Assembly: GCA_030295235.1 (NCBI GenBank)
Contig: AP026127.1
Location: 682,001 to 746,000 of the forward strand
DNA: 64,000 bases
Source of the DNA: Fistulifera solaris
Taxonomy: Eukaryota
Direction of reading: 5' to 3'
The notes below the pieces were generated by a model. The model had not been told where the DNA came from, searched no databases, and was given only the letters and a program-made list of their open reading frames with translations. Shown here one piece after another: positions 47,443 through 59,809 of the stretch (position 1 is the first letter of the stretch; every line of letters begins with the position of its first letter). A program made the position numbers and the translations under genes.

Positions 47443-48528
47443 ATGGCGATGACAGCAAGGTTGTATTCTCTTCTCGTCGTGTCAGTCGGCATGATCGAAC
47501 CTCTGAATGCTTGGCTATCCAATGGGTCGTTGCGGTTGTCATCATCGTCGTTGTCGTCAACATCTATGAAAGTGGCGTTTCACACACAGCACTTGCTACA
47601 CGCTAAAAAGAAGAAGGAAGAAGAAGAGGAGGAGGATGATGACTCGGCGAATAACAAGTCGGGAGTGGGCATGGAACGAGCGTTTCAACAATTGGAACAA
47701 TTATCGTTTTTACCGACCGACAACAACAACAGCATTCTAGACAACAAAAATGTTACTAAAATACAAGCATCGATGGACAACTTACAACTTACGTCTACTT
47801 CGACTCCGACACCCGAACAAGAAGTATTGCTGTACAAAAATATGGTGCAAGAATTGGAACAGACCACCGAAGAAGATTTGTATTCCAATGTCTTGCAAGA
47901 TATGGGCGGTGGCAGCGGTACTTCTTCGAGTGTTAGCGAAACAGAGGAGGAAAGAACAGTCGATCCCCCCAAACCCACCACCAGCGCCGATTTTTTGAAT
48001 CAAGCGCTCTCCGAGGCGCTGCAACAAGTCCAAGTCAATACGCCCAGTGCCGTCGATTCCATTCTCGATGACCCCGAATTGATGAATGAGATTGAAGCCA
48101 TCTTTGAACGAGGCAATGCAAAGTTGCTGGAAGGCTTGGAAGCGGTCCGACGCGAACAGGAACAACTCACTAAAGCCAGTATAGCCGCCCAACAACAAGC
48201 GAACGAAGAGGACGCCGAGACTCAGGCCCGACTGGATGCAGCGGAACGTTCGATGCAAACCATGTTACAACGTGTGAATCAAGAACGGTCGAATGTCGAA
48301 CAGGCTGTGCAAGACTTACAACGTGCCCAAGAACAAGAAGAAAACGTTCTTTTGAAATTGAAACAGAATCCACTGAAACAAGGTGCTTTAATTGGTTTCT
48401 TGTTGTTTTCGTTCCGATCTTTGACAGACTCCTTTGCCGTATTAAATGATCCCTCTCAAGAATGGACGGCGGCGTTAGTGCAAGGTGCGATTGCGTTGGC
48501 CTGTGCGGCCGTCTTTTATATGTTGTAA
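47443..48528 (+). CDS. Probable plastid-targeted coiled-coil protein with two C-terminal TMs
   Basis: Signal peptide + NAW Ser-rich transit peptide, coiled coil, hydrophobic C-terminus. Confidence 0.75.
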   Translation: MAMTARLYSLLVVSVGMIEPLNAWLSNGSLRLSSSSLSSTSMKVAFHTQHLLHAKKKKEEEEEEDDDSANNKSGVGMERAFQQLEQLSFLPTDNNNSILDNKNVTKIQASMDNLQLTSTSTPTPEQEVLLYKNMVQELEQTTEEDLYSNVLQDMGGGSGTSSSVSETEEERTVDPPKPTTSADFLNQALSEALQQVQVNTPSAVDSILDDPELMNEIEAIFERGNAKLLEGLEAVRREQEQLTKASIAAQQQANEEDAETQARLDAAERSMQTMLQRVNQERSNVEQAVQDLQRAQEQEENVLLKLKQNPLKQGALIGFLLFSFRSLTDSFAVLNDPSQEWTAALVQGAIALACAAVFYML

Positions 48529-48698
48529 TACGAAATAGAAAAGACCACTACATTTCGCTATAACAGAGCACAGGAAACAAAGCAGCCATAATTACAGCCA
48601 ATTGCATTTTCCTTATCTTTCGATCTCCACGTAGACGATGCGGTCTATGTACCATTTATAGCATTCTTTCTTTGCGACTAATGAGTAAATTGAGCCTC

Positions 48699-49116
48699 TT
48701 ACTTGTTGAAGGTTGAATCTCTGCCAAACGCAATTTCGTCTAAACCTTGTCCACTGCGCTCGTAAATACCTCCGCGATCAATGAAGTTAGGGCATGGTCG
48801 ATACGCTTTGATGGGCCACCATGGTAGAACGACCGCAATGCCACCCAATATTCTACAGAAAAGAGTAGAAGGTGAGTCGACAAAATCATGAAATCAGGCA
48901 AGAAATCGGATAGTATTATGCAGCGACTCACCTTCCACTTCCATCGCACATATTACACTCCGGGCACTTGACCGGTAAAGAAGGTTTCTCGGCTTGTGTT
49001 TCGGGCTCAGCGCTGAAAGAGTGCATTACGAGGCGGCGATGATTACTGGTCGAGGGCGAAAAAGCCGCGACCTGTAATGAAACAATAAAGAGGAGAATAC
49101 AAGACAAGGGTCGCAT
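48699..49116 (-). CDS. Small plastid DnaJ-like zinc-finger protein; intron 48853-48931
   Basis: VAAFSP presequence; CNMCDGSGR|ILGG..WWPIKAYRPCP..RSGQ. Confidence 0.8.
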
Positions 49117-49680
49117 TTTTTCTTTCTTTTCGGTGAGAAGAATTGTAAGCAATAAGAAAAGGAACGAGAGATTCTGTTGTGCGGTATGCTGCGCTTTTTA
49201 ATCTGTTTTGCTCATTCAATTCATTCCGTTTTCATCATGGTCGCTTTTTATACTATTTTCCTTCAACAAAAAAAAAAGCTTTCATTCGGCAGTACCGATC
49301 CGACAGAACCACGCACGCTTTCTATGCTTTTCAGTCCCAGATGATAATGACTGGAATGCTGAGGTCCACGTGGAGAGAAGAAATGACAATCTCAGCGGTG
49401 TTTGAAACTGGAACGAAGAGTAAGATCCATGACACCGTGCAAATCTACGGTTGACGCGCATTTTTTTTGACTTCAACGCGTCCGCCGTTCAAAACGCATT
49501 TCAACAATAAGATCATAACAACGGAGTAAATAATAACAAAGAAGTGACTACGAATATATCTTCCTAGTCTCTTTGTTGTTATTTGAAGAATATACTGAGC
49601 TGATTTTTGAGGGGCTTGACGTAACTAGAAACAAAGAGTAAAGAGAGAATCCTAGTTCTCTCAGCTCGAATATTCACTGG

Positions 49681-51172
49681 ATGCATCTAAAGCTAATTTC
49701 CATCCTGTGGCTCTTTTCTTCGGCATTCGGATCGAACAATCCAACGAGTTATCAAGCTCTCGGAAGTGCTCGTTCTCGTTCTCGATCAAATAGTCCCGTT
49801 CCTAGACTTGAATTGGCAACGCGAGGCGGATTCTCCGATCTGTACGTTTCTTGCTTTTGTTTTTTTTTATGGATTGAAGGTCTTGTCGGAAGAGAATAAT
49901 TGGCAATGCCATCACAATTGTGACTGTTTTTTTTTGATACTAAAGAACTCGATGCACACCGGGTGTCGTTCTGTTTGTATCGATGCATCTTTCATTCAGT
50001 TACGATTACTCAACTCACTTCTCCTCCTTGACCCTTTTTTTCCTGCAGTGAAACGGCGCATTCTCAAGAAGAAGACAAGTCGGTCGCATCCATTGAACTC
50101 AATACCACCGAACCCACTTTGACCGATCCACTTGTGACCCCTCCTCCTCCCCCCTGTTGTAGTTTCCTCGACGCCCCCTCGCAAGTTTGGTCCCTTTACC
50201 ATGCCGTCAAATGCTGCTATGCCCGATGCTGTCAAGCTCTTGATTGGGGCGGGTGGTATTTATGCCGCATTTCTCTACTACGGGTCACTTCAGGAAGACG
50301 TCTTTCGTTACACCGCCGCGGATGGAACTTCCTTCAAACAAGCTTGGTTCCTTCAAGTTCTGGAAGCACTTGCGAACGTGATTGTTGGCTTTATCGGTAT
50401 GCAAATTTCCGGTGCTACGCAAGGAATTCCGCTAACCATGTTTGCCATTTCTGGTGCTGCACAAGTATCGGCGAAAGCATGCACTAGTTTGGCTTTGGCG
50501 AATGGCTTGAGTTTCCCCGTTGCTACCTTGGCAAAATCTGGAAAAATGGCACCCGTCATGGCCGGGTCCTTGCTTTTGGGAGGTGCCACGTACGAATTGC
50601 GAGAATACTTGCAGGTTGCCTCTATCATTCTCGGTACGGCTATCGTCAGTATGGGAAAGAAGAAGGGAGACGGACCGGGTAGTTCTGCCATGGGTGTCTT
50701 TTACATTCTCCTGTCGTTGGCGTTGGACGGAGTAACGGCGGGATTCCAGAAACGCTTGAAAGTCGAGACCTCCAAAGTCGGTGTCAAACCCAAGCCGTAC
50801 GATTTCATGTACTGGACCAACTTGTTCATGCTCGGCACTGCTGCTGTCATTGCCTTGGTCCTTGGTGAATTGCACACCGGGTTGGCGTTCTGCCTCGGCA
50901 ATCCCGAAATCTTGTCCAATATTATCAAATTTGCTATTTGCAGTGCCGTCGGACAGTCCTTCATCTTTTACACGATTGCTAGCTTTGATCCGTTGGTACT
51001 TTCTACCGTGACGACGACGCGTAAGATCTTTTCGGTGTTGTTGAGTATCTTCTTGAAAGGCCATCAGTTGTCCTTGGTGGGATGGTCGGGTCTGTCGATG
51101 GCGTGCGCCGGTATTCTATCGGAGCTGCAACATAAGTCTCCCAAGAAAGAAAAGCACGAGCACAAGAATTAA
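49681..51172 (+). CDS. SLC35B1/UAA-family nucleotide-sugar transporter; probable upstream exon 49681-49841 and intron 49842-50048
   Basis: YGSLQE, SFPVATLAKSGKMAPVM, SLALDGVT, GQSFIF, TTTRKIFSVLLSI. The core ORF 50201..51172 is secure; the N-terminal extension needs one frameshift near 50150. Confidence 0.85.
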
Positions 51173-51295
51173 GCATACGATGTATGTTTCTTGTAGTCTG
51201 CGTCTTTCGAAGAATGATACAAGTAATGGAAAAGAGTTGGCATTGAATGTCTAATGTAGTTCGTATTGCTAGTACATCGAGTGTTTTTTATTTCT

Positions 51296-52783
51296 TTACA
51301 TCGGCATCATACCGTCTCGTCGTTCCTCGGAAGACACACGATCCAAAAGTGCATTCACTCGTTTCTTCACCGTCTCAATTTGTCGAGCCGTGCCTTGAAT
51401 CAGCAACACCTTGCGGAGCTGATCGACGTGCATTTTGGTGCCCGTCGCTCGTTGCATGCTAATGATGGTTTGACCCCTACGACCAATCACAATACCAACA
51501 TGATTGCCCAGTTCAATTTCGGCATCCAGCACTTCGGCTCCCTCTGTTCCCTTGCGATCGTCCGTACCCAATCCCTGAGAACTGCCCAATCGATTGCGTG
51601 CCCAAAATTTCGTTTGTCGATCGTTGCTCCCCGTGGCCAGCATATGACCCGCTGGGTGCCATTGCAGATCCCAAATGGCCATATCATGGGCAAAAGGTAC
51701 TTTGGCGGCCGGTTCTTCGGAACCTTTGGCTCCGACATTCCAAAACAAGAGCGTCCCGTCCATTCCACCCGACGCGAATACGGTTTGATTCAGTGGATGC
51801 CAAGCGAGACTGGTGACTTCCTTGTTGTGACCTTTTAACGATGAAATCTCCTTCATGGCACGAATATCGTACAATTTAATGACTTGATCACGCGATGCCG
51901 TGAGCAACCAGTTGCCATTGTCATTCCATGCGACTTTCGTCACCGTGTTGCGATGGCCGTAGAGAGTGCTTAAGCAATTTCCAGCACGGGGGTCCCATAG
52001 TTTGACTAAATTGTCTTTCGATCCAGTGGCAATGACCGAAGATCGGGGATGCCATTGCGCGCTCTTGACATCCCAACCGTGGCCTTCCATGACTCGTTCT
52101 TCGGTGTGTGTGGCCCAATCCCATACACGGACGGTAGAATCATCACCGCAACTAACAAACTTGGTATCGGCTGGTGAGAAAGAAAGGGAGTGAATGGCTT
52201 GATTGTTGTGCGAATCGATGGACTGTACAGGCGCGATACTGGGACTCCAATATTTAATATTTCCCGCGCCATCGGAAGTTAATAAATAGTTTTTGTTGTG
52301 ACTCCAAGCCATCGATCGAAATGTTGTATCGTGCGCACTCATGATGAGCTCGAAACTAAAATGAATACCATCCCACAAAGTAAACTCTCCTTCTTGATTT
52401 CCCGTCAACAATCTTCGTCCTCCCGGTGTCCAGCTCAAACACAAGATCGGTGTCGAATTCTTGGCGCGAGTGACATGAGCACAATACGTGAGATACAATT
52501 CCGAGGGAATGGGAGCGGCGACGTTCGAAATCGGTAATCCCATGCGTCGCAAGCAACTGGAATGCGGTTGCAAATATTCTGCCGAGTGACGCGTGTGATG
52601 ACTGCGGCAAGCTTTGCGGAACAAGCGATTTTGCAGATCGATCACTGCCGGTGTATGAAAGTCCACACAGCGGCGGATCAAGTTGCGTTCGGCGGCTTCT
52701 TGCTCGGCGTCGTCAGCAGAAAGTCCACCGGGACCCGGGCCTCCCGCATTTGTTACTTTGGGGAGAGACATTACTTTATACAT
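51296..52783 (-). CDS. WDR33: Pre-mRNA 3'-end processing WD40 protein WDR33/PFS2/FY with C-terminal KH domain
   Basis: [62 protein letters not shown] motif [12 protein letters not shown]. Confidence 0.93.
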   Translation of the reverse strand: MYKVMSLPKVTNAGGPGPGGLSADDAEQEAAERNLIRRCVDFHTPAVIDLQNRLFRKACRSHHTRHSAEYLQPHSSCLRRMGLPISNVAAPIPSELYLTYCAHVTRAKNSTPILCLSWTPGGRRLLTGNQEGEFTLWDGIHFSFELIMSAHDTTFRSMAWSHNKNYLLTSDGAGNIKYWSPSIAPVQSIDSHNNQAIHSLSFSPADTKFVSCGDDSTVRVWDWATHTEERVMEGHGWDVKSAQWHPRSSVIATGSKDNLVKLWDPRAGNCLSTLYGHRNTVTKVAWNDNGNWLLTASRDQVIKLYDIRAMKEISSLKGHNKEVTSLAWHPLNQTVFASGGMDGTLLFWNVGAKGSEEPAAKVPFAHDMAIWDLQWHPAGHMLATGSNDRQTKFWARNRLGSSQGLGTDDRKGTEGAEVLDAEIELGNHVGIVIGRRGQTIISMQRATGTKMHVDQLRKVLLIQGTARQIETVKKRVNALLDRVSSEERRDGMMPM

Positions 52784-52857
52784 GTATTTGAGTAGATAAG
52801 CTAATGGTTAACGAAAGGAATGGATCTTGAAAAACAAAAGGAAAAACGCGGACGACG

Positions 52858-53260
52858 GATAGATTTCCTGGGAACGTGAAGATAAAACAGGTCCAGATTT
52901 TCTGGACCAACGTAAATACCACTCACCCAGATTTCCTGGGAAGGTGAAAAATGCAACTGGTCCAGATTTTCTGGACCAACGTAAATACCACACACCCAGA
53001 TTTCCTGGGAAGGTGAAAAATACAACTGGTCCAGATTTTCTGTACCAGTGTAAATACCACTCCCCCAGATTTCCTGCGAGCGCGAAAAACAACTGGTCCA
53101 GATTTTCTGGACCAACGTAAATACCACTCTCCCAGATTTCCTGGGAACGTAAAAATACATCTGGTCCAGATTTTCTGGACCAACGTAGATACCACAGCCC
53201 CAGATTTCCTGGGAGCGTGAAAATACGTCTGTTCCAGATTTTACCAGGCATTTTCTGGAG
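52858..53260. repeat. Tandem minisatellite, ~68-bp unit, ~5.7 copies, two hairpins per unit
   Basis: agatttcctg at 52861, 52929, 52998, 53067, 53134 and 53202. Alternating cccagatttcctggg and ggtccagattttctggacc. Confidence 0.95.
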
Positions 53261-53336
53261 ACGGAAACAAACGCCGAAGATGATGATTGTTGCTGCGCAG
53301 GCACAATCGAAGCTTTCCCTGGATATTATTATCATA

Positions 53337-54703
53337 ATGTCAAGACGAGTTTCTAAGGAAGGTAAACCAATTAATGATTGCGACTTAGTTTCATGGAAAA
53401 TGAAGCAAAGGTTCCGTGCCTTGTTTTTTGCCGCCTATCATTTTCTCGATGGAGGCGAACACTGGACAGAGGCAGCTGCGATCTTGCATCAACGCGTCGT
53501 CTCCGAAGTCTCGTCTCATCCTATCCTTGCTCGAACGATTCATGGAGAAATGAACGGTTGGTCACTTTTGCAAGTATTCTGCGAGAAAACCAGTGGCTTC
53601 TGTCGTGAAACGATCCAGTTCCTCATAGACACCAATCCGCACATGATACTTTGGAGACACTGGAGGTCGACAATGTTGACTGGTAGAGTTCTGTCAATTC
53701 ATATGATCGCTGAGAATATGCAGTACTGCAAAATGATGCCGTGGATTGCAGAACACTATCCGTGGGTGCTTGAGCATTCATATTGTCAAAAGAGACCACC
53801 TCATTTCGAAATGCTAAGAAACCATGTCCATGGTGAATGCGACGTGGAAACTGCTCGGCGCTTTTACGAACTATACCCGCAAGGCCTACGGGAGAAAGAA
53901 CGATTCATGTCGTTTGGCTGCTACCCTCTCTTCGTATGTTTCAAAGGAGGATTTGAACCCGATGCGGAAATCTTTATTTGGATAGCGCAACAATATCCCG
54001 AGGCTGTGTATCATCAACCGGTAAACAGATACAATTTGCTGTACGATGTTTGTTTTGCACTCGCCGCAGAAGATAGGGAAGAAACAGAAGATATACCCTA
54101 TACGTGTACACCGAATATGGCGAAAATATGCCGATTCCTCATCTGCGAACATGCTGATTTACTTCACCAGATAGCAGATGACAATGGAAACTTGCCAATT
54201 CACATGCTAACGCGCCGATGCAACCGGCCTCTTGTACAGGAAATGATTCTTGTTATGGTGAAAGCTTGCCCCAAGTGTGTTCTTGGAGAGGCTGGCACAT
54301 TTCATCCAAAGCTTGCTACGATACCTTTATTAAACAAATGCACTCATCCATTATTGACGAACTGGAAACCGATGAAGCAATAAAACTATTATCACAAGTA
54401 TCGCAAAATATGGCAAAAGCGGCAACGCCATGTATCAGTGCAGGCCAGAGTTATCATGCAACCTCATCTCTCTTCGGTCCCCTTGTGGAAGTCTTTTGCT
54501 CCTGGGCCCACTTACAGATAACCGATACTTTACCAGCGCGGAAGCATAGAATCCAAGGGTACATAGCGAATACGTGTCGTGATTTTGAAGGAGAAGACGT
54601 TTTTGATGAATCACTTCTGGAAGATCCTTACGAGTGGAGCCACGAAAACTTCTATGAATCCGATAGCGATGATGATTGCAGTTCTATTGCAATGTTTCCT
54701 TGA
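53337..54703 (+). CDS. Lineage-specific degenerate ankyrin-like repeat protein; frameshift near 54325
   Basis: Repeated YPQGLR/YPEAV/GNLPIH helical motifs; ORFs 53217..54383 and 54218..54703 join. Confidence 0.55.
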
Positions 54704-54892
54704 TAGGAAGAAGAAAACTCGGATATTTTGAACTATCAACATTCATGTTGTAGTGCTTCAATTTGGTTCTCGAGCACAGTCGCTATGATACAGACGAAGC
54801 CATCTTTCATGAATTCTAGCTAATGTTGAAATGCGACAAAAACGATGTTTTGTCAAGACTGAAAATGAGTCAGCTAAGTCTATTCGGAAGAA

Positions 54893-56442
54893 TTAAGAAT
54901 TAGCAAGTAGATCCTTCTCGGCGCGCTTCTTGATGGTATTCAGTTGCCCCAAAAGTGTATTTGCTTTCACGAAACTACTTTCCGATTTTGATGCCAGTTG
55001 CCGTTGCTTATTATTGGCAGTATGATAAATCAACGACCTCGAAAAACCTTCCGGGTCCAGCGAAATGATTCGTTGCATATTACAAGCATGCCGTATAGTC
55101 GACAGCTGCATGCCTCCACTGTACCATTCTACATTGCGCATATCAAGACCATCAAAGCGGTAGTGAGGTGCTTCGTACGGGGGCAAGAATCCACCCGCGC
55201 AGATATCCGTATGCCATCGCCACAGCTGATCACGTGTCGCCATCCAACCACCTTGGTTGTTAATGTATTTGTATTCCAGTGGCTTGGGCCGCTTCGCCTT
55301 GGGCCAGTAATCGTCGTTCCGATTACTCCAGTAATCCCCAACGACATCACTGATATTCAAGTTGTTCTGCGCCGGACCACGCTGTGTTAAGACCCAATGC
55401 AGCCAACTATCATCCGGCATTTTGCGGACACCCAATGGGAAGATATTGGTTTCCCACAGCATGAGCTGATCGGCCGTCGGCGACTCGGGAATGTGCGCGC
55501 TGGTCGTTTCTTCATGAACATGACAGCAGATTGTCGGATCGACCTCTTTTGGCCTTCAGTGAACTCCAAATCCACGGGAACCGGTCCGGTATCGGTTTGA
55601 GCGGGATAATTCTGCTCATCGAGTAAAACTTCGACACGAATAAACCCAGGAATAGTTCGACGCAATTGTCGTTTGGTCATAACACCGTAGTAATTTTGTA
55701 TAGCATCTGTATGCGACACAATCTGGGAAGGTGGATCTTCCGGAGCTTGCTCGTAAAGTCGTTCTAATTCGTCGGTGACTCGAATGAAATGATGGACGTG
55801 TTCTGCCGTGATGAGCATATCATCTTCAAAATTGACAAAGACGTCGTAGTCCAGCAGCTTGTCTTTAATGACAAAACGATGTTGCCGCGCTAAATGTAGA
55901 ATATCGTAACGCAGTTTGGTAAACGGATTCTGTGCCGTATCGTACGCCAAAGGAGCCGCATCATTCCACACTTCCAATCCGACCGAGTCGGGCAGTGCTC
56001 GACGAACCAAAGCTTCTCGTTCGGGCAGTAATGTAAAATGACAGATAAGATACAAATCCACATGGTACCCAGCATCTACCATGGTCCGTATTCCTTCCGA
56101 AACGACCGGAATCAGTGTCAATTGCAGTCGATCGGATCCTTTCTCGGTATTCCGTGTGCCCGAGTTGTATTCATTCAAGGCAGTCACAATGTACAATATC
56201 CTCTTTCCCTGGGGCTGTGTGACCGATGCAGTCTGTAATTTCCTTCTTTCTGGTAAAGCTAATCGTCCAGGGACGGTAATTGTGGATTGCGATACGAAAA
56301 GAGCAACGACGAGGCCGATCATGAAGGTCATGGTAGCCAGTCGCATCGGAGCTCGACGACCTTTCATCAACTTGAATAAACCCAATTGCCTACTTGCATA
56401 ATCGTCAATTGCGTCTCCACAAGATGAGGAAGATGGTCTCAT
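54893..56442 (-). CDS. Type II membrane protein, putative glycosyltransferase-like; frameshift near 55548
   Basis: N-terminal TM and FVNFEDDMLI acidic motif; ORFs 55387..56637 and 54893..55462 join. Start codon uncertain. Confidence 0.6.
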
Positions 56443-56785
56443 ATTGTTAGTATTGTGACCTTGTGGTGCGTTTCTTTGCAAAAGGCTCTTCGACGTTTTC
56501 CATCGTATACCTTGTAATAGGCGCGCAGTCATTTTCCGAGTCATTTCTGACTGAGTTCTCCAGTCGTGACAAGACAACACTTTGGCATCACAGTCCGTGG
56601 AGCGGTACTCAATAATGTATTTATAAAAAGTGTTCACTGATCAATGAGACAACATGAATGAGAGAATGTTTTCGACGCGAACACAACGATCTTTTTCGTC
56701 GCCGCGCAGCACGCGGAATAAGCGCGACGATGTCAGTTGATTTCAAAATTCTTTACCTTTATCATTTTAGCTTGATGATAACTTG

Positions 56786-57640
56786 ATGAACATGGATATC
56801 GCTTGTATTATCTCCGCCGTACTCTTCTGGATCAGCGGCGGCTTTCGCGCCGCGCAAATGATGCAATGGAGAAGACAACCTAATTTCAATTACATCCTGT
56901 GGACGGATTTCGATGCGGAGTACTTGATACAGCAATGGAACTTTCGTATCGATCACCGTTCTTTCGAAATGGCCACAGGAATGATCAACGCTATCGCTTG
57001 GTTTACTTTTGCGATTCCTATGCTTCATGTCGTCTGGTTGCAGTCGCTCAAAGGTAGGCGCATGATTAGTATTCATGTCGCCATTGCGTTGATGGCAATT
57101 GGGGGTGCCGTGACGGAATTGTTGGCGCGTTTGTTTTATATTGGCAGCACATCGACGATGGAATGGATGGTCAAGGATTTTCAGCTCGAAAATTGGACCG
57201 AAAATGCAGAAGGCGATCAATTGGGCTGGAAATCACTCGAAGTCACGCATTTGGCCATTATGGGAGTTCTCACTTGGATTGACGCTCTCGAATATTTGTT
57301 CTTGTCCTTTATCTTTGCTTTCTTATTTGTATCCGTCTGGCGTAAATCAGAGCGTTTGCTGGATGTCAAGTGGGCGAGGTTTGGAATGGTGCTCTCGGCT
57401 CTATCCTTGATTGATTTTGCCGCGGATCTCATGCGTTATCAGAATTGGAGAAAGTATTCGCGCATTACTTTTGTCATCTCGGCTTTGAATCGGTTAGTTC
57501 TCTTTCCTATTTGGCTTCTTTGGTTGGCAATTCAAATTCCCAAGGCCGAAGCGATTCTGGGAGAAGCATCGCAGCCAACGGAGGAAACGAAAAAGTTTTC
57601 TAGCAATCTAAACGAAGACAACAGTCATGTTGTTTCGTAA
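56786..57640 (+). CDS. Multi-pass membrane protein of unknown function
   Basis: ~284-aa ORF with about six hydrophobic helices. Confidence 0.75.
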   Translation: MNMDIACIISAVLFWISGGFRAAQMMQWRRQPNFNYILWTDFDAEYLIQQWNFRIDHRSFEMATGMINAIAWFTFAIPMLHVVWLQSLKGRRMISIHVAIALMAIGGAVTELLARLFYIGSTSTMEWMVKDFQLENWTENAEGDQLGWKSLEVTHLAIMGVLTWIDALEYLFLSFIFAFLFVSVWRKSERLLDVKWARFGMVLSALSLIDFAADLMRYQNWRKYSRITFVISALNRLVLFPIWLLWLAIQIPKAEAILGEASQPTEETKKFSSNLNEDNSHVVS

Positions 57641-57829
57641 TCACGCGATGCTAAGTTGCTCCCTAGGTGCTTTAAAGCCACTCTTTCACAGAATTTCCAG
57701 TTAATCATGAAAAATAACTTTAAGTTTAATTGAAACTGGCTTTACAGATAAAAGTAATGAATGCTGATACTCGTGTGATACTTTTAGGTCGAAGCGAATT
57801 TACTATTTCACCCTAGTTTTAGTTATGGT

Positions 57830-58219
57830 TTGGTCCGAACAGTACTTAAAGATACGCTTGGGGTAGGCAATACGGGTGTTTTTTTATGTCACGGGCGAAG
57901 CAGGATTGTGCCCTATTTGATTCCACAAACGTAGGTCGCTTGTTGCGACACGGTGCCGCAAAACATAATCCTGTTAATCTCCACCCCGCCCATTCCGGCG
58001 TTGTGCTTGCTTTGATACAAAACCATCGACAACCGGTGTCCCCGACGCCCTCCCACCCCCAGACCACCGTTGCCGTCAATCGTCCCATGGCAAAGGTCTA
58101 CCAACATGGGTGCAAATGCCACAAAAAGTACCGGCCAGGTTTCCTTCCATAGTACGGTCGTTCTTTGCGCTGATTGCTTAGACTGGCCAAGTCAGTGCAT
58201 CCCGGTTGAGCAAGTAATA
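57830..58219 (-). pseudogene. Decayed internal fragment of ARP4 (copy of ~45607-46020)
   Basis: Shared colinear blocks gtcgcttgttgcgaca, caccccgcccattccggcgttg, cgtcccatggcaaagg and actggccaagtc, with indels. Confidence 0.85.
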
Positions 58220-59809
58220 CCGACGACCGCGACAACATGATAAAGGCTGGAATTGTCCATGGTACTGCAATCCCCTACTGCATCAACGAATTCGGCTCGA
58301 AACAAGATCAAATTGGTGGTGGTGCGTGGCGATGATTCGCTTTCGTGTGCGGCTCCGTCGAGGAGTCATGTGCATGTTTTCTGTGCAGCGGCAAGAGAAC
58401 GCCGAGCTGACATAATTTGTTGGGCGGTGTCGGACTGCAGGCGAGGACGCAGTGTCACCGAGAAAACTAATTTGGTGACAGCACCACCTCGAATCCAAGG
58501 GTTCGTTCTATGTTGAACTATAACCTAAAAGCAGGAATTTCCAAGACGCAAAGCTTGTATTTGACATTCGTCATGGCTTGCTTATTTCGTGCTTCTAATG
58601 CATCTCAGAAGGGTGCTCCTCGTATAAATCAGCTCGAAATCAATCACTCCAAATGAATATAGTGCAGTACATTGTAATGACAATCTCTTCGTGGCATCCC
58701 TTTGTCAAAACGATATATTGCCCCAAAACCGGGTGCAAATCACCGATTGGGCTATGCATTGAAAAAAAGTGCTTTGTTGCTTCAAACTCTGTTCCGATCG
58801 GAGATCCAATTTTCTGAAGTTGCATCTCACACCTCGCGTTTCATCCGGACGAGCCAATCTATTCGAGTGATCTGGGTAGCGCTTACATGAATGCAGTATC
58901 GAAGTGTTGAAATAATGCGACTTTCGCGATTTTGGCATTCAAAAATTCAAAAAAAGTCCATCCTTGGAGAAGATCGCTTTGAAGGCGTCGATATTTGCGA
59001 TGCTGTCGAGTGGGCTGCCGTAAAACACGGTCCATATTCGCTACGACGCGAGTTCGCGCGCATGATATCGTACGCACTATCTCCTTCCTACCCCATATCT
59101 TTAGCTATCACAGTACTATTACGTCTCGAAACGGCCGACATAAAGGATACAACGATGCTTAGACAAAAATCATTGAGCAGGTGAATCCATTGTAATAGCG
59201 ATAAAATCCTCTCTGAGACGAATTTCCGTGCGATCTTACGTATACATCCCTAAGTGTCTATCTCCATCTTGATTTCAAAAGAAAATGAGAAGAAGATTGT
59301 TAAATGCCTTCGAAGGGTCGCTCAAAGGCCCGAAATGAAAGTGAAAAGCAATGGGCCGAAAAAATCCTGTGCTTATGCCCTTTCATTTTTGGCCAAAAAG
59401 CACGTTTCGGTCACACTAGGTCCTTGGAGTACTAGAAAATTAGATCTCCTGTTTTTAGTAGATTACTTTTCGGAGCGGTACTCGTGGTTTTGCTAGTGTC
59501 GCAGTGTGCTTGCGAAATGTCGCAGAGGACGCACGGACAGACTGGGCCCACTTTCGGACTCGTGACTCAATGAGTGAAAAGCATTACACTGACAAATACT
59601 ATGGCCTCAAATTACACGGGACACACACCCCCATTTTTTTTGTGTTGTGTATGTTGTGTTTTGTGTTGGTGTCAGTGTTACTCTTTGTTTTGTGTTGCAG
59701 TCTATTTCTGGCTGTCTATTCTCTAACACGAGATTGATTTCCTACGTCGTCAGCTTAACCAGGCCTCTTTTAACTCGGCGGCGCCATTTACTTGAAAACG
59801 TTTATTGCG

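Noticed and set aside
49370..49470. U6 snRNA-like words (gagagaag, atgacac..gcaaat, T-run)
   Set aside because: No ACAGAGA box or correctly spaced internal stem-loop; the similarity looks coincidental.
52799..54825. agctaatg direct repeat as a TSD around the 68-bp array plus ankyrin-like gene
   Set aside because: An 8-bp match is expected by chance, there are no matching TIRs, and it would leave WDR33 with almost no promoter.
58250..59750. Possible gene in the long intergenic stretch
   Set aside because: Only short fragmented ORFs with no family signal.
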